Below, in pieces: positions 29,027 to 40,050 of a stretch of 64,000 nucleotides of DNA (position 1 is the stretch's first letter; each line of letters starts with the position of its first letter). The stretch comes from Raillietiella orientalis (taxonomy: Eukaryota). The position numbers and the translations under genes were made by a program. The notes beneath the pieces are model-generated. The model saw nothing but the letters and a program-made list of their open reading frames with translations, made no database searches and was not told where the DNA came from. The stretch is taken from positions 1,364,001-1,428,000 of the forward strand of contig JAYWIR010000030.1 of NCBI GenBank assembly GCA_036172245.1. The letters run 5' to 3'.

Positions 29027-29566
29027 GTTCATTGAATTGGTTCCATAATACACCAAATTTACAATAATCGGTGGCTTATCCTAATCTTCCTGTTCTTCCA
29101 TTGTTCTTATCATTTCTAGGTCTGCCTCTTGCGGACTGGCTGGAAAGGTGTCATGTTTAAGCAAGTACTCCATGGTACCGTTTGCCTCATCTGGTAGATG
29201 TCCCAGTCGATGTGTCCAGTAGATATCTCTAACGGCCCTCATATAAGAGGGCACTGCCAATTTCCTCATTTTGTTTGCATAGTTCCTGGGAATTCGTAGA
29301 GTTCGTAGCACGCCATCATTCTTGGTATCCCAAGATCCCAACACACCCACCAGGAACGCATGTAACTGTAGCCGTTCAGGCTGTCTGGTTAATCTTGTGG
29401 AGAACGTCTTGGTATTTATCCTCCTTCTCTTTGCGTGCCCTTGTGAACGCATCTTCCTCGTTTTCAAACGGATAAGTGATGTCCGCTATCATCTTCTTCC
29501 CTCGCTTTTCCGAATTCAGGTCTTAATGTTGAATCTACTCCAGGGACCTTGTGGTTCGCAGATGCT
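29027..29566 (-). mobile_element. 5'-truncated Utopia-type non-LTR retrotransposon: restriction-like endonuclease, C-terminus and short 3' UTR (frameshifted)
   Basis: Across frameshifts: NHKVPGVDSTLRPE...IADITYPFENEEDAFTRARKEKEDKY...HAFLVGVLGSWDTKNDGVLRTLRIPRNYANKMRKLAV...RDIYWTHRLGH. It is followed directly by U2 sequence at the known Utopia target position. Confidence 0.88.
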
Positions 29567-30178
29567 TCCATCGTTCATTGCTGACTGGAGACCGATGTCC
29601 ATCTGCAGCAGAATCCACCGCCTATACGCCAAATGTCTGTCAGCAAGACTAAGCGAATGGATACCGGATGATGAAGCGATCTTTCCCCAGCAAAAAGGTT
29701 TCCTACCTTTGGATGGGGTACTAGATCAGAACAAGACACAGCAAGATATCGTGCTAAGGATCTTGCCATAGTTTTGCGTGGACTCTGCGGATGCGTTTGG
29801 CATCAATGGCTGTTAAGGACGTTAAGAAGGAAAGGCCCGGGCAGGAAGAAATCACCGAGGAGCTGTACACAACAGCACTACGTATATTCAGTTTCGAAAC
29901 CAAACAACAAGCCCATCCCTTCTGCGGAGAGGACTAAAACAAGGGTGTCCTCTGAGTTCACTCCCCGTCATTACAGCAATGAGGTACGAGAGCTGCCTCC
30001 GTTTTTTTTTTTTTTTTTTTTTCTTTGCGTCACACGAACCCGAGGCATACAGCAGCGTACCGTACACGGAATCGTCCCTAGCACGCAGCTGCTGTAGTGC
30101 TGAGGGGAATGGAATCTGCGGCAGGACAACCAGGAAAGAAAGGGAAATGAAATTTAAGAAGGCATGAAACTTTTTATT

Positions 30179-30495
30179 GAAACCATTTTATTGAAAGCAA
30201 CCAATAATTTAAATGCGCTCATCTGCATCCTCGCTAAGGTGTGTCCCTACGTCGCGTGATGAAGGACCTTCAAAGACAGACGGTACATCACCGATCCCAT
30301 CGTTCGAGAGCATTCAGGAAAACGTGAAAATGGTGTGCGGTGGCACGGCTGGGTGTGCATCGAAACTCCAGGAGTGCCGTGTGGATGAAAAAACATCTGT
30401 TGGATAGGATGTGCTCATCTGACTCGCTTCTACAGAAGGCACCCAACGGAGTGACCACCAGCAAGGAGGGACGATTCTTGCATCCACGCAGGCAA
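30179..30495. repeat. Direct duplication of 37178-37704, lacking 210 internal nt
   Basis: Near-identical text (one substitution seen). The deletion joins the two tcgct sites at 37230-37234 and 37440-37444. Confidence 0.93.
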
Positions 30496-32521
30496 GGTTC
30501 CTCGTGGGTTCAGAAAACACGAGCGCACACGTTTCTAGCAACATCCGCATTTCGTACAGGAAAGCTGATCATCGAGTTGTTTTGCTGGTCTCCACACCAA
30601 CGTTGGGTCTCCATCTTCGAAAGCGCAGTGCGAAGGCAATAGCTATCGGAATGCGACTTCAAATTTGCCACCGTGACCCGCATGCAGTTCCGAGGTGTGA
30701 CGAAAGGACTGCTTGGCATTGCTGCGAGATTACTACTCAGCCGGAAGTGGAGATTAATGAGGATCTGAGAGGAACACACGACTTTACGAAAATAGTCAAA
30801 CTTCTCCTGCTTTGAAACTATAAAGCGGATCTGTGAAGACTCGGCCAGCTGGGCCTACGAAACTGAGAGGGTACAGGAGACGGAAGCTTTTTCTAGAGAT
30901 AGAGGGAAGCTTCTTCTCTGCTTTATTCAGATAGCGGGTCCTCCATTTCCTCAGGAATGGAATCATCAGCCAGTTAATGGGGAGTCATGAAGCAGCAGCA
31001 TTTCGCCACACTGTAGGACACTATTCAAAAACTCTTCTGATCTTGAGATCGAAGCTCGCTTCTGATGGTCAGCAAGAAGAAAATGTCGGATGCTCCTCTT
31101 GGTCAGAAAAAAAAAAAAGTATTCCTTCAGAGGGGAACGAGGCACAAGTCCCACGCAACCACTCCAAAGGCAGCTCAGACGGACGGATCCAACTGTTCCA
31201 CTCTTCAGGAGGAACAGTCCTTCAAAGTAATCACTCCGCGCTGAAATGAGTTTTACTCAGTGTCGGTCACTTCTCACGCAAATGTCCATATTGAACAAAG
31301 AAAAGGGCACTCGTGATTCAATCTGTACAGAACCGACAGACGACCGACATAGGAACAGGGAGGAAAAAGCAACTTTCGATTGAAACCCAGGAAAAAGACC
31401 TACCATGTACCTGAGGGACGGATGCTTCATTATTTGCTTTGCATCGGGGTTGTGGAGTTTATTAGAAGGTCAAGAATTGTCCCAGTGCGAACGTACGAAT
31501 AGCCACATTGCGCTGGGATGCCACATCCACGGCCCACTGTACGAGTAAGGACACTCGGTGAAAGTCCTAGCGACTCGGTGTGGAGTCATCCACTAGAGCT
31601 GCGGTCGACCCACATTCGCAGGTGAAAACGAAGAAAGTTTGCCTGGAGGAGGATTCCACGCAACCTGGCCGAATAGAAAAGTGATGACCAACTAGAAAGA
31701 GAAAAGGGCTCAAGGCAAAAACGCCCTTTTTAATCCAGGATTTTACAAATGCACCCTGCATTTTTCGTTGGACATCGCCATCGAGGGAAAGCAAACTGGA
31801 AAATTCTAAACGGATGTGAAAATGAGAATCATTAAATTTTCAGATGAGCGCGCATTCCCCGGAATTCATGCAGCCGCAGCGAGAGATTTCCAGCTCTCCG
31901 TTAAAGCACCGCAGGAGATTAGATGCCACCCCTTCGGTAATGTATTCGTCAATTACTCTGGATGCAGACCATGGTCCCGTGAGCTCCTAAACGAATTCAT
32001 AACTCCCATTTTAAAGCTCTGCGAAATTCTATTTTCTCCATTTAAGGTATTCAAGGGGAAACATATACATCTGGAAATAGATTATGACCTGCTAGAGAAC
32101 AAAAGCCGTTGCCTGAACAATAGACAGGGATCGAGTTTTTCATTAGCCTCACTTAATCTTTGACTTTCAAAAATTGCTCACATGCGATGCTTTCATGGGT
32201 TGTACACAAGTTGCCGATCATAGGACGCCGAAAGTGTACGGAGCTCTTCCCGAAAATGAGACACGGAAAGTCATTCTATATGAGGTTGGGGAAAAAATAA
32301 CCACAAGCACTCAAAACTATCCCAAACAGAAGATGCGAGCGAAATAAACGGACATTTTGTTTGCACTCGAAACCAAGGAGTTGATGCAGTACTACTAAAC
32401 TAACCACTGATGACGAACAATTCATCACCATGATAGCTATTTTGGAGCAGACTGAAACTCTGCATTTTCTCTCCGCGCTGCCCTAGTTTGCAACTTCTTT
32501 TCTCAGGAAGGAGGGACGTGA

Positions 32522-34187
32522 GTCCCTCCTTCCCGTTTCCGCGCACCGCAGCATCAACGCTCCCTTCTTCTCTTTGCCCACGTGCAGCAACCCTTCTGCA
32601 CATTTCAAGTAGCTCGCCTCTCGCGCGAGGTCGTCTGCAGACAAAAGACTCTCATCTGCTCGCAGAATTCCTGTGCTCTCCACCCCGTTGACCAGCTGCC
32701 TTCAAGCAGCCTTGTTGAAGGCATTGCAAGTACCGTCAGCGGTTTCGGGAATGGCCCCGCGGTTTCGAACACTCCTTGCCCGAGTCGGCAGGATCGATGC
32801 GAGCTTCAGGTCATTCCAGGTCGGCACTCCGTCCCTCGGTTCCGTTGGGATTGCTTCCGCAAGCGTCGCGAAGAGAGGAAGAGCATCCGCTCCAAAGGTG
32901 CAAAGACAAGCGAGGACAAGCGAGCTTTTCGACGGAAGTGGATGATCGAAAAGTTCGCGACCTCGGGCAGTTCTCCATGAGCAGTCACAAAATGCGACTG
33001 CATCACGAAAAGGAGATGGGAGGATGGGAAGAACAGCAATACGAGCCATGCGAGGCGCCTGAGCTGACAAGCGCGATGCGACGACGGGTGGCGCACTCGA
33101 CACGGCTGCTGCCAATCGCTGCCGAACCAACTAGCCGTCGGCACAGGCGATGTGCAGGAGCGACACTCCGGATGATCTGCTGATGTGCGTGCAGGAATGC
33201 CGAGCGGCGGCTCCAGACTGAAGCATCGGACGGGTGACGGCCAAGACGGCAAGGCATGCGGAGCCAGCTTCGCGTTCTCGGTCTCCCGATGCTGAGCCAG
33301 GAGTGGACAACGCCGGAGGCGGTGGGCCAACCCGCAGGCGAAAACGAGCACCTTGGCGGGAAGGTTCGAAGGGGAGCGGTGCCATCCCATGGTCCGCACC
33401 ACCATCGATCGCCCTCTTCGCCACAAGCATCGCGACAAGAAGGGCGAAACAAGAAGGGAGCGTGTCGTCGCAGACATTGATGCTCTGACCACATCCCCCG
33501 TGGAGCGCTGAAGAGAGAAATCGGAATCAGGAACTGCTGCAGAGTATCCGCCTGGACACATTCCCATTTATCACGAAGAAGGTGTTGCCCGAACGGGTGG
33601 ACAGTTCACCCGGCCCTCGCGACCGCCGCTTCAGCTTTTCCGTTCTTCGCCACGTTCGCCGCTGGGGATGCGGAGTGAGCGATGACAGAGTGTGGCGAGC
33701 GGTCGTGGACCGGCGGCACGGCACGGATCGCGGGCGCGGCGACCCAGGGAAAGGACGTCTTCGGGCCTCCCGAGGCTGCGGGCGAGGCGGGCGAGCGAGC
33801 GTCGCGCTCCGGGGAGGAGAAGTGCGACCTTGGTGAGACGGACGGCGGCTTCTTCTTCTGAGCTCTCTTCCTCTTTTTTTGCTGGGCCGCTCGGCTGGGA
33901 ACGCGGTTGCAGCCACGCGTTCTGTCAGCCACGAGCAGGGGCTGGCGCTGGATGTCCGCACTCGAGCTGCTGAAGTCTCTCCGTGCCACGACGTGCCTGC
34001 GTTCTGCCTGTGCCTGCGATCTTCCTCCGTTCGGAAGGCGTTCTTTCAGCAGTTTCGAGATGAGGCGCGTGCTGGGATTCGGACAACGCCCCCAAGTGTG
34101 CCGTTTTTCTTCATCGTGGAAGTTGGTCAGTTTGCCTTTATGGTGAAAACTCCCTCTCGGCGGTTCTATAAACAGAGCTCTTCCAAG
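32522..34187. repeat. 1,666-bp GC-rich segment, copy B (reverse complement of 7301-8966)
   Basis: Same evidence as copy A. Its left end forms the palindrome ggaaggagggac-gtga-gtccctccttcc (32506-32533). Confidence 0.97.
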
Positions 34188-36419
34188 AAGACTCGTTGAG
34201 GCTGCTGATGTCTCGGTGCCACGACGTGCCAGACTTTCTGAAAGCACGTCACACTCTGGAATGCATCTGTGAGAGTATGCTAAGTGCGGTCTCCACTCTC
34301 CCGTGTCTGGAAAAGACGGCCGTGGGGGGATTTTCAAGTTTACGACGTGAACCAACGATCTCCGTTTTCGGGTGTTTCCTTGCAGCTCTTGCAGTGAACG
34401 TGGCTGTCACATTCACGCATTTCACGCTTGGGTGAATGTCCCTTTTCCGCTGTTTCCTGACAGCAGCCGCTGATTGAACGGAGTAGGCGGTTTCTTCCCG
34501 GATCTTCTCACCTGAAGGAACGGTTCGTCAGTTTACTTCCACAGTAATTCGACAAGACATCCCGTGCCCTTCAAAGTATCCGCATGCAAATTCCTGATCC
34601 TTGAGACTGTGAACTGAGGGTGAAACGCAGACATCTGGTAACTGCAGTGCAGATTCCAGAGCTCTGGTTGCTACGGGCTGTTTCAAGAGCTCTCTACCGA
34701 AGGCCGGCCTTTGACGCTTGCTTCATTTATGATTTCCCTCGATTTTCCGTGCTGCATCACGAATTTGTGGAGTTTCGAAGAGGAATCGCACGGAGCAGAT
34801 CGCGTATCCTTCAAGCACGAACTGTGTGTGCAACGTAGGAAGCAGGGCGAGAGTAAAAAAAAACCCCGAAGCAGTGTCCTATGTCCTTCGAGTGGCACAT
34901 GTTTCACAGCTGTGATGAGATTAAGAGTTATAAAATGAACCGTGGCGCATCTCATTTTTCTCACCGAATTTCGTCACTGCGAAGGCGGAACAGAACGGAA
35001 TCGAATGCTTACAGACAGAAGCATCTGTGCTCCCATTCTTGGCTCGTGTTTTACCTCATAGCTTGTCTTCTGCGGCTCATCTCGCAGACGTCATTTTCTT
35101 CACCTGCACAAAGCACAGCACCCTCTCTGCGTAACGAAAAGCCTTCCTAGATGATCTGGAACTGGATGCTTCTCTTCCTTTTTTTTTGACGATCCTGGAA
35201 ACCAGTGGATTCGAGGATGCGAACGATAACTTCTGCAAGTCTTCTCACTTCGTGGATCTCTTTTTTTGCTAAGCCCAGACAACGCTAGACACAGACGGGA
35301 ATGAAAGATTCCCTATTCCGGTGTTCTTAACTCGAACGTGGTCTGGCGATTCCACGAAGCGGAAAAGAAAATCTATGATTCTGAATATCTATGAATGGCA
35401 ACCCCGGGATCCTCTGAGATAGCCTTACGTTGCAGGATGCCTTTTGCTTTATGCACAGGCAGTTCTGGAATCGGGGAAGCCATTCCTCCTCTTTTGTCGA
35501 GTGATCGATACTCCACGAAGTATTTTCCCAGTACAAAGCAATGTCATGTCAACTTTTGCATCCGTTTTCAGCACTTTGTAGGTACCACTATCTCTAGAGA
35601 GTGTTTACTTTATTTGTTAGCCGTAAATCAGGACTCCAGAGCCCATCGATCCGAGAAGAGAGATACCACAATTGGCGATTTCTCGCACAGAAAATAGGGA
35701 TCACTTCCCCGACTGTAATGTCTTGAAAGACTCAGTGTACATGAAACCCCATGTGTCGCATGTTGTGTTTCGATTTCCTGCTTCCTGAAGCACTGTATCA
35801 TGGGAAGGAAACGCACGCTCCAAGAGCAGATCCATAAATAAAGCTTCTCCGGGGACGTTGCATTCATCTCGAAGAAACAATCCTTGAGTGAGCTTCCGCA
35901 AGTTTCCAGAAGACGATGAAATCATTTCTCAATAAACTGAGATTGCAACGGATGTAATCTTATCCATTTTGACAAATGATGCATGTATCGATCAGCAGAA
36001 CGTTTATCGGGAAGGAGAAAATCCATTAAACACTGGGATGAGAGACTTTATGAGGAAAGTTCCCTAAATGAATGCCTCGATTTCCAGCAACGTTCCAGAA
36101 ACCTGGAGGAACATTCATTAAACACTCGGAAATATTCTAGAAGATCAGCGAATACTTCAGTAACGACGCTTTCACTTGAAAACCGACTGATGGAAACACT
36201 GTGGTGTATGAGGATCGACGTGACTTCGTTCAGCACCCATTTCTCAAGTTGTGGTTGCATGGAATCCTCATGTTGGCAAAACTCTAAATGGTGGAACCGA
36301 AACATCGAACCGCAAGAGCTCTTTCCCTGATTTCGAAACCGTGGTTCCGCCATCCGTCATCCCAGATGCAAGATCTGCCCAGGAATTCCAGACGAGAAAA
36401 AAAGTCAACGTGGTTTGAC

Positions 36420-36715
36420 CAGCGTTGGCGCCCGTGTGGCTGAAGTCTCCGCGCGTGGCACCAAGGGTTGCGGACTCGAACTCCCACGTGGAGGACGATC
36501 GACGCCGAGAAATGGGGGCGCGTCGCGGGTTTCTAGTCCTCCCGCTAGATGACGCCAAGCGCGGCACTAAGGGAAGCCGAAAGCCGGGTGCCCCTGTTCA
36601 TCGGCCGGGATTGGAAGTCGACCCTCCGGGATCCTTCCAGGAATCAAGGAGGCGGTTCCCTTTTGCGAGGGAACGGACTCGTTTTTCCGGAACCTTCCCG
36701 GATTGATCTTCCTGG
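36420..36715 (+). mobile_element. Internally deleted copy of the tRNA-headed element
   Basis: Head gcgttggcgcccgtgtggctgaag..gcgcgtggcacc..gcggactcgaa, then gtcgaccctccgggatccttccaggaatcaagga, joined almost directly to the 3' block gaacggactc..gaaccttcccggatt. Confidence 0.7.
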
Positions 36716-37177
36716 GAAGACGAATCCAGGAAGCTGGAACAGAAGACTTGCAGAGTTATCGCTCTCATCCTCGAGTCCACTAGTTTCCAGCTATAAGGTA
36801 ACACATGAGCCACAAATGGAAACAGAGACGTCCTTAACTGAAATTACACGCATCAGCGTGTGACTTCAGCTATAAAGTGAGGACAGCTTCTGTGACTCCT
36901 TGTGGTTTTCCTTAAGTCCTTTGAACGGTCCCAGCCGTATTTAGGCGTTCGAGGCTACCACCTACTAATCACCATGTCTTTTCGAAAGCATGTATACTGT
37001 ATACACGCATATTCTGTATTGATGGAATCAAAGAGGAACCGTCACAGGCGTCTTCGTGAGTGCGTTTATCTGTCTTCCTCTTTGCATTCCAGTCTTGCAA
37101 GTGTTGTATCGCTACTCTCATTAAGCAATAAAATAATAGTCAGATGACATCTCCATGGCAAGGTTCCAAAAGTTTCG

Positions 37178-37252
37178 GAAACCATTTTATTGAAAGCAAC
37201 CAATAATTTAAATGCGCTCATCTGCATCCTCGCTGCAAATCGTTCTTTGTGT

Positions 37253-37290
<38 letters not shown>

Positions 37291-37704
37291 CGCTGAACGG
37301 AGCAACTTCTTTTGTACGGGCAGTAAAGAGTCAATCGTTACTGACATGAGCGCAGAATCGGAATCATCTCAGGGCACAAACTTTAATTTCGTTGTAATCA
37401 GAAGCGCAGCTGAGATTTTTTGTCGATCCATCCTTCACGTCGCTAAGGTGTGTCCCTACGTCGCGTGATGAAGGACCTTCAAAGACAGACGGTACATCAC
37501 CGATCCCATCATTCGAGAGCATTCAGGAAAACGTGAAAATGGTGTGCGGTGGCACGGCTGGGTGTGCATCGAAACTCCAGGAGTGCCGTGTGGATGAAAA
37601 AACATCTGTTGGATAGGATGTGCTCATCTGACTCGCTTCTACAGAAGGCACCCAACGGAGTGACCACCAGCAAGGAGGGACGATTCTTGCATCCACGCAG
37701 GCAA
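37178..37704. repeat. Longer copy of the 30179-30495 duplication; contains a (TG)n microsatellite at ~37248-37288
   Basis: Direct sequence comparison; ~20 TG units with one interruption. Confidence 0.93.
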
Positions 37705-37949
37705 CACGCAGGCAATCGCGCGCATACTTACAGAAATTTGATAGATGGGGAACGAAAAGTCGAAAGCAGAGAAAAGCGATAGACGTCACCCCAAATCCCT
37801 AAATCCCTTTTGTCTTGTTGGCCACTCAGACAACTCAGCCACTCTTAAAATTAGGAGGAGAAATTATTCGTGTGACCACTGTTCCTATCAGTGAGATGAC
37901 TTTTAATTGATGAATCAACGAATGAAGACTGTTTCCCACCCAGGTGCGC

Positions 37950-38990
37950 CGGGTCGTTTATTTATAAATCATCTGGGAACGGGGTTCCCGGACAAAGGAC
38001 ACAGGAAAACGAAGGTCGGGAAAAATGAAAGTCCTGAACGGGAAGGAGGGGACCACAAATACACGTGTAAAAAAATACAAATAAAAATATGGGGAGGGTA
38101 GGGGACAGAGGTCTTTGGCTTCGGCCGTTCCTTCTTTTCAAAACCGGGGCTGGGTGTCGGAGATTTCGTTCCCTGCGTCTTTCGGAAGATGAAACCAACC
38201 GGCAGCCGACGTCATGTTCTCGTCGGTTATTCCGTTGACCTGTCGACGAATCGCCTGCGTATCCAGCTCTCGGTGGGCCTTGTCGATGGCGCGGGTGCAA
38301 CAGACCGTTGCGACCATCGCACCTAACGACAGGCCGACTGGCGTGAAGAAGCGGCGCATCAAATCCCTTGCGGTGTCCCCCTGGAGCAGGAGAGCTGAGG
38401 CCAGCCTCCGCCACAGTCCTTGGAGGACACGGCAGTCCAAGAGCAGGTGCGGGAGCGTTTCTACTTCTCCGCACCTTTTACAGTTCGGGGAGACAAATCC
38501 CCCGGAAACACGGTTCGTCCGCTGGTTGGAATGGTAGCCCCAATGCACCAGCATGATGAAGTCCTGCTTCCAAGAAAGGGGGAACACTGAAGTGTTCAAG
38601 CAGGAGGGAAGGACCACAAGTTCTTCTGGGGGCACACTCAAGAGTTCGCTTCACCGAAGGAGTCCCTTCGCCATGCTACGAGGCGTGGCGGCATCTGCCA
38701 GCTCTCCTCCAGCCGCCCATGGGTCGGGTTGCTCCTGTGATGGTGCAGGCGACCTCCCACCTCGCCGGTAGGCAGCTGTCATCACCGGCCCTGAGGGCAG
38801 ACAGCGCTTCGGCGAGAGGTGTGACGGCCAGGCGAGTCCACTTCTCCTGGTTCTGCATAACCTCCTCCACTGTAAAGCAAGGAGAAAGGTTCGCGCAACG
38901 GAGTTCCAAGCGGGACACATCCTGTTGCCTTGCCCAGGCATTCATGAAGAGCTCGGGCTCCTGCTCTATGCGAGTATTTCTTTCTCCTTG
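37950..38990 (-). mobile_element. 5'-truncated L1/Tx1-like LINE 3' end with CCHC zinc knuckle and 3' UTR
   Basis: CKRCGEVETLPHLLLDC (C-x2-C-x7-H-x4-C) followed by LW in ORF 38138-38641. Upstream frame is broken by a stop and a frameshift. Pyrimidine-rich 3' UTR with AATAAA near 37960. Confidence 0.75.
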
Positions 38991-39885
38991 TTCATGAAGA
39001 CTATTGTGACGGCCCTCTAACCATGATATGACCCGGGGTGAAACGCATGTGATTCAAAATCGTGTGTGAGTCTTCGCTCTACGGTGTTATCATGAATGTT
39101 GGGCGCCTCGGGCTCGATATTTATATGAACGATTTTTAAAGCCGCAGTCTGAGTATGGAGATGGCATTTGGTTAACCAAGATGGATCGACCACTAGCTGA
39201 AGAATGATTGTTCTCATATTCGACGGAGGGGTCTCTCCAATTCCTGCCTGCTAGCCAAGGGACGACGAACATTCCCGCGTTCGACTCCTTAACCTCAGTT
39301 TGTTCAAATCGAGAAAGGTCATTGTCAAAGTTATTTGAATTCTTCCTCCTGTCGACAGAGCCTTCAAAATCGCGCGTGTTTCCCTGAGTTGTCGTTATCT
39401 ACTCAGCGGTTTTCCTGAATTTTGGCAAAGGTCGTCTGTTTCGATGCTTTACGGTGGGACTGTCTTATTCCTTTCATTATGTGACCGTTATCTTAAACTG
39501 CTCCAATATTCCTTGAGCCTTCTCCGTATCTGCAGTATTAATGAGACTGCTAGTAGCGCATAACAAGGGCAAGGGTGCTGCTCATTTAAGATCGAAAATG
39601 AATGCACAGAGGGTAAGGTTAATGGGCTTGGTGTGAGAAGAATTGCAGACGCTCCGGAAAGGATGCAGATATAATTAAGAAAACAAGCGCCGATTCGAAT
39701 GCAGTCAAATCCAATGTCTGCCTTGTCTGCGTGCACTTACAGCCCTGGAAGCTTAGAAGAGTTTGTGGCAGAGGAGAAGGATGCAGAATATTCTGGAATG
39801 AAGAATATTCTGCTGTATCTTCTTCCTTAAAGAACTCGGAAAACATCTGTCTTTAAGTAAAAAATGAATTTTTTTTTCTCTCTGA

Positions 39886-40050
39886 CTTATGAAGGATTCG
39901 TTCGTGCATCCAGAAGAGAACAGGAAGGGGGAGGGGGAAACTCTGAAAAACAGAACCCCCAGGAAGGATACGAAATGCCAATTTATTTAATCTTCCGTCC
40001 TTTCGGGTAGACAACACTTGTGAATTCCATTCTAAAAAATGGGGAAGGAA
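39886..40050. repeat. Short diverged interspersed repeat (partner ~46514-46667)
   Basis: Shared blocks catccaga, aaactctgaa, ggatacgaaat, atttaatcttc.gtc.tttcg.gt.gacaa.a.ttgt, aatggggaagg, in the same orientation. Confidence 0.7.

Larger units (their letters stand above)
28660..29975 (+). mobile_element. Degenerate Utopia/R2-superfamily reverse transcriptase fragment (motifs 0-4), split by the inverted insert at 28937-29566
   Basis: Left piece: PFTQDEVSRLLK..PGDEGIIY..LITPIFN..WKNTKAILLPK. Right piece: IADWRPMSICSRIHRLYAKCLSARLSEW..QKGFLPLDG, then CVDSADAFG (~29775) and RRGLKQGCPLS (~29925). Confidence 0.85.

Noticed and set aside
32480..32533. Helitron 3' end (hairpin then CTAG on minus strand)
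   Set aside because: Spacing is 19 nt, CTAG is not followed by T, and copy A lacks it.
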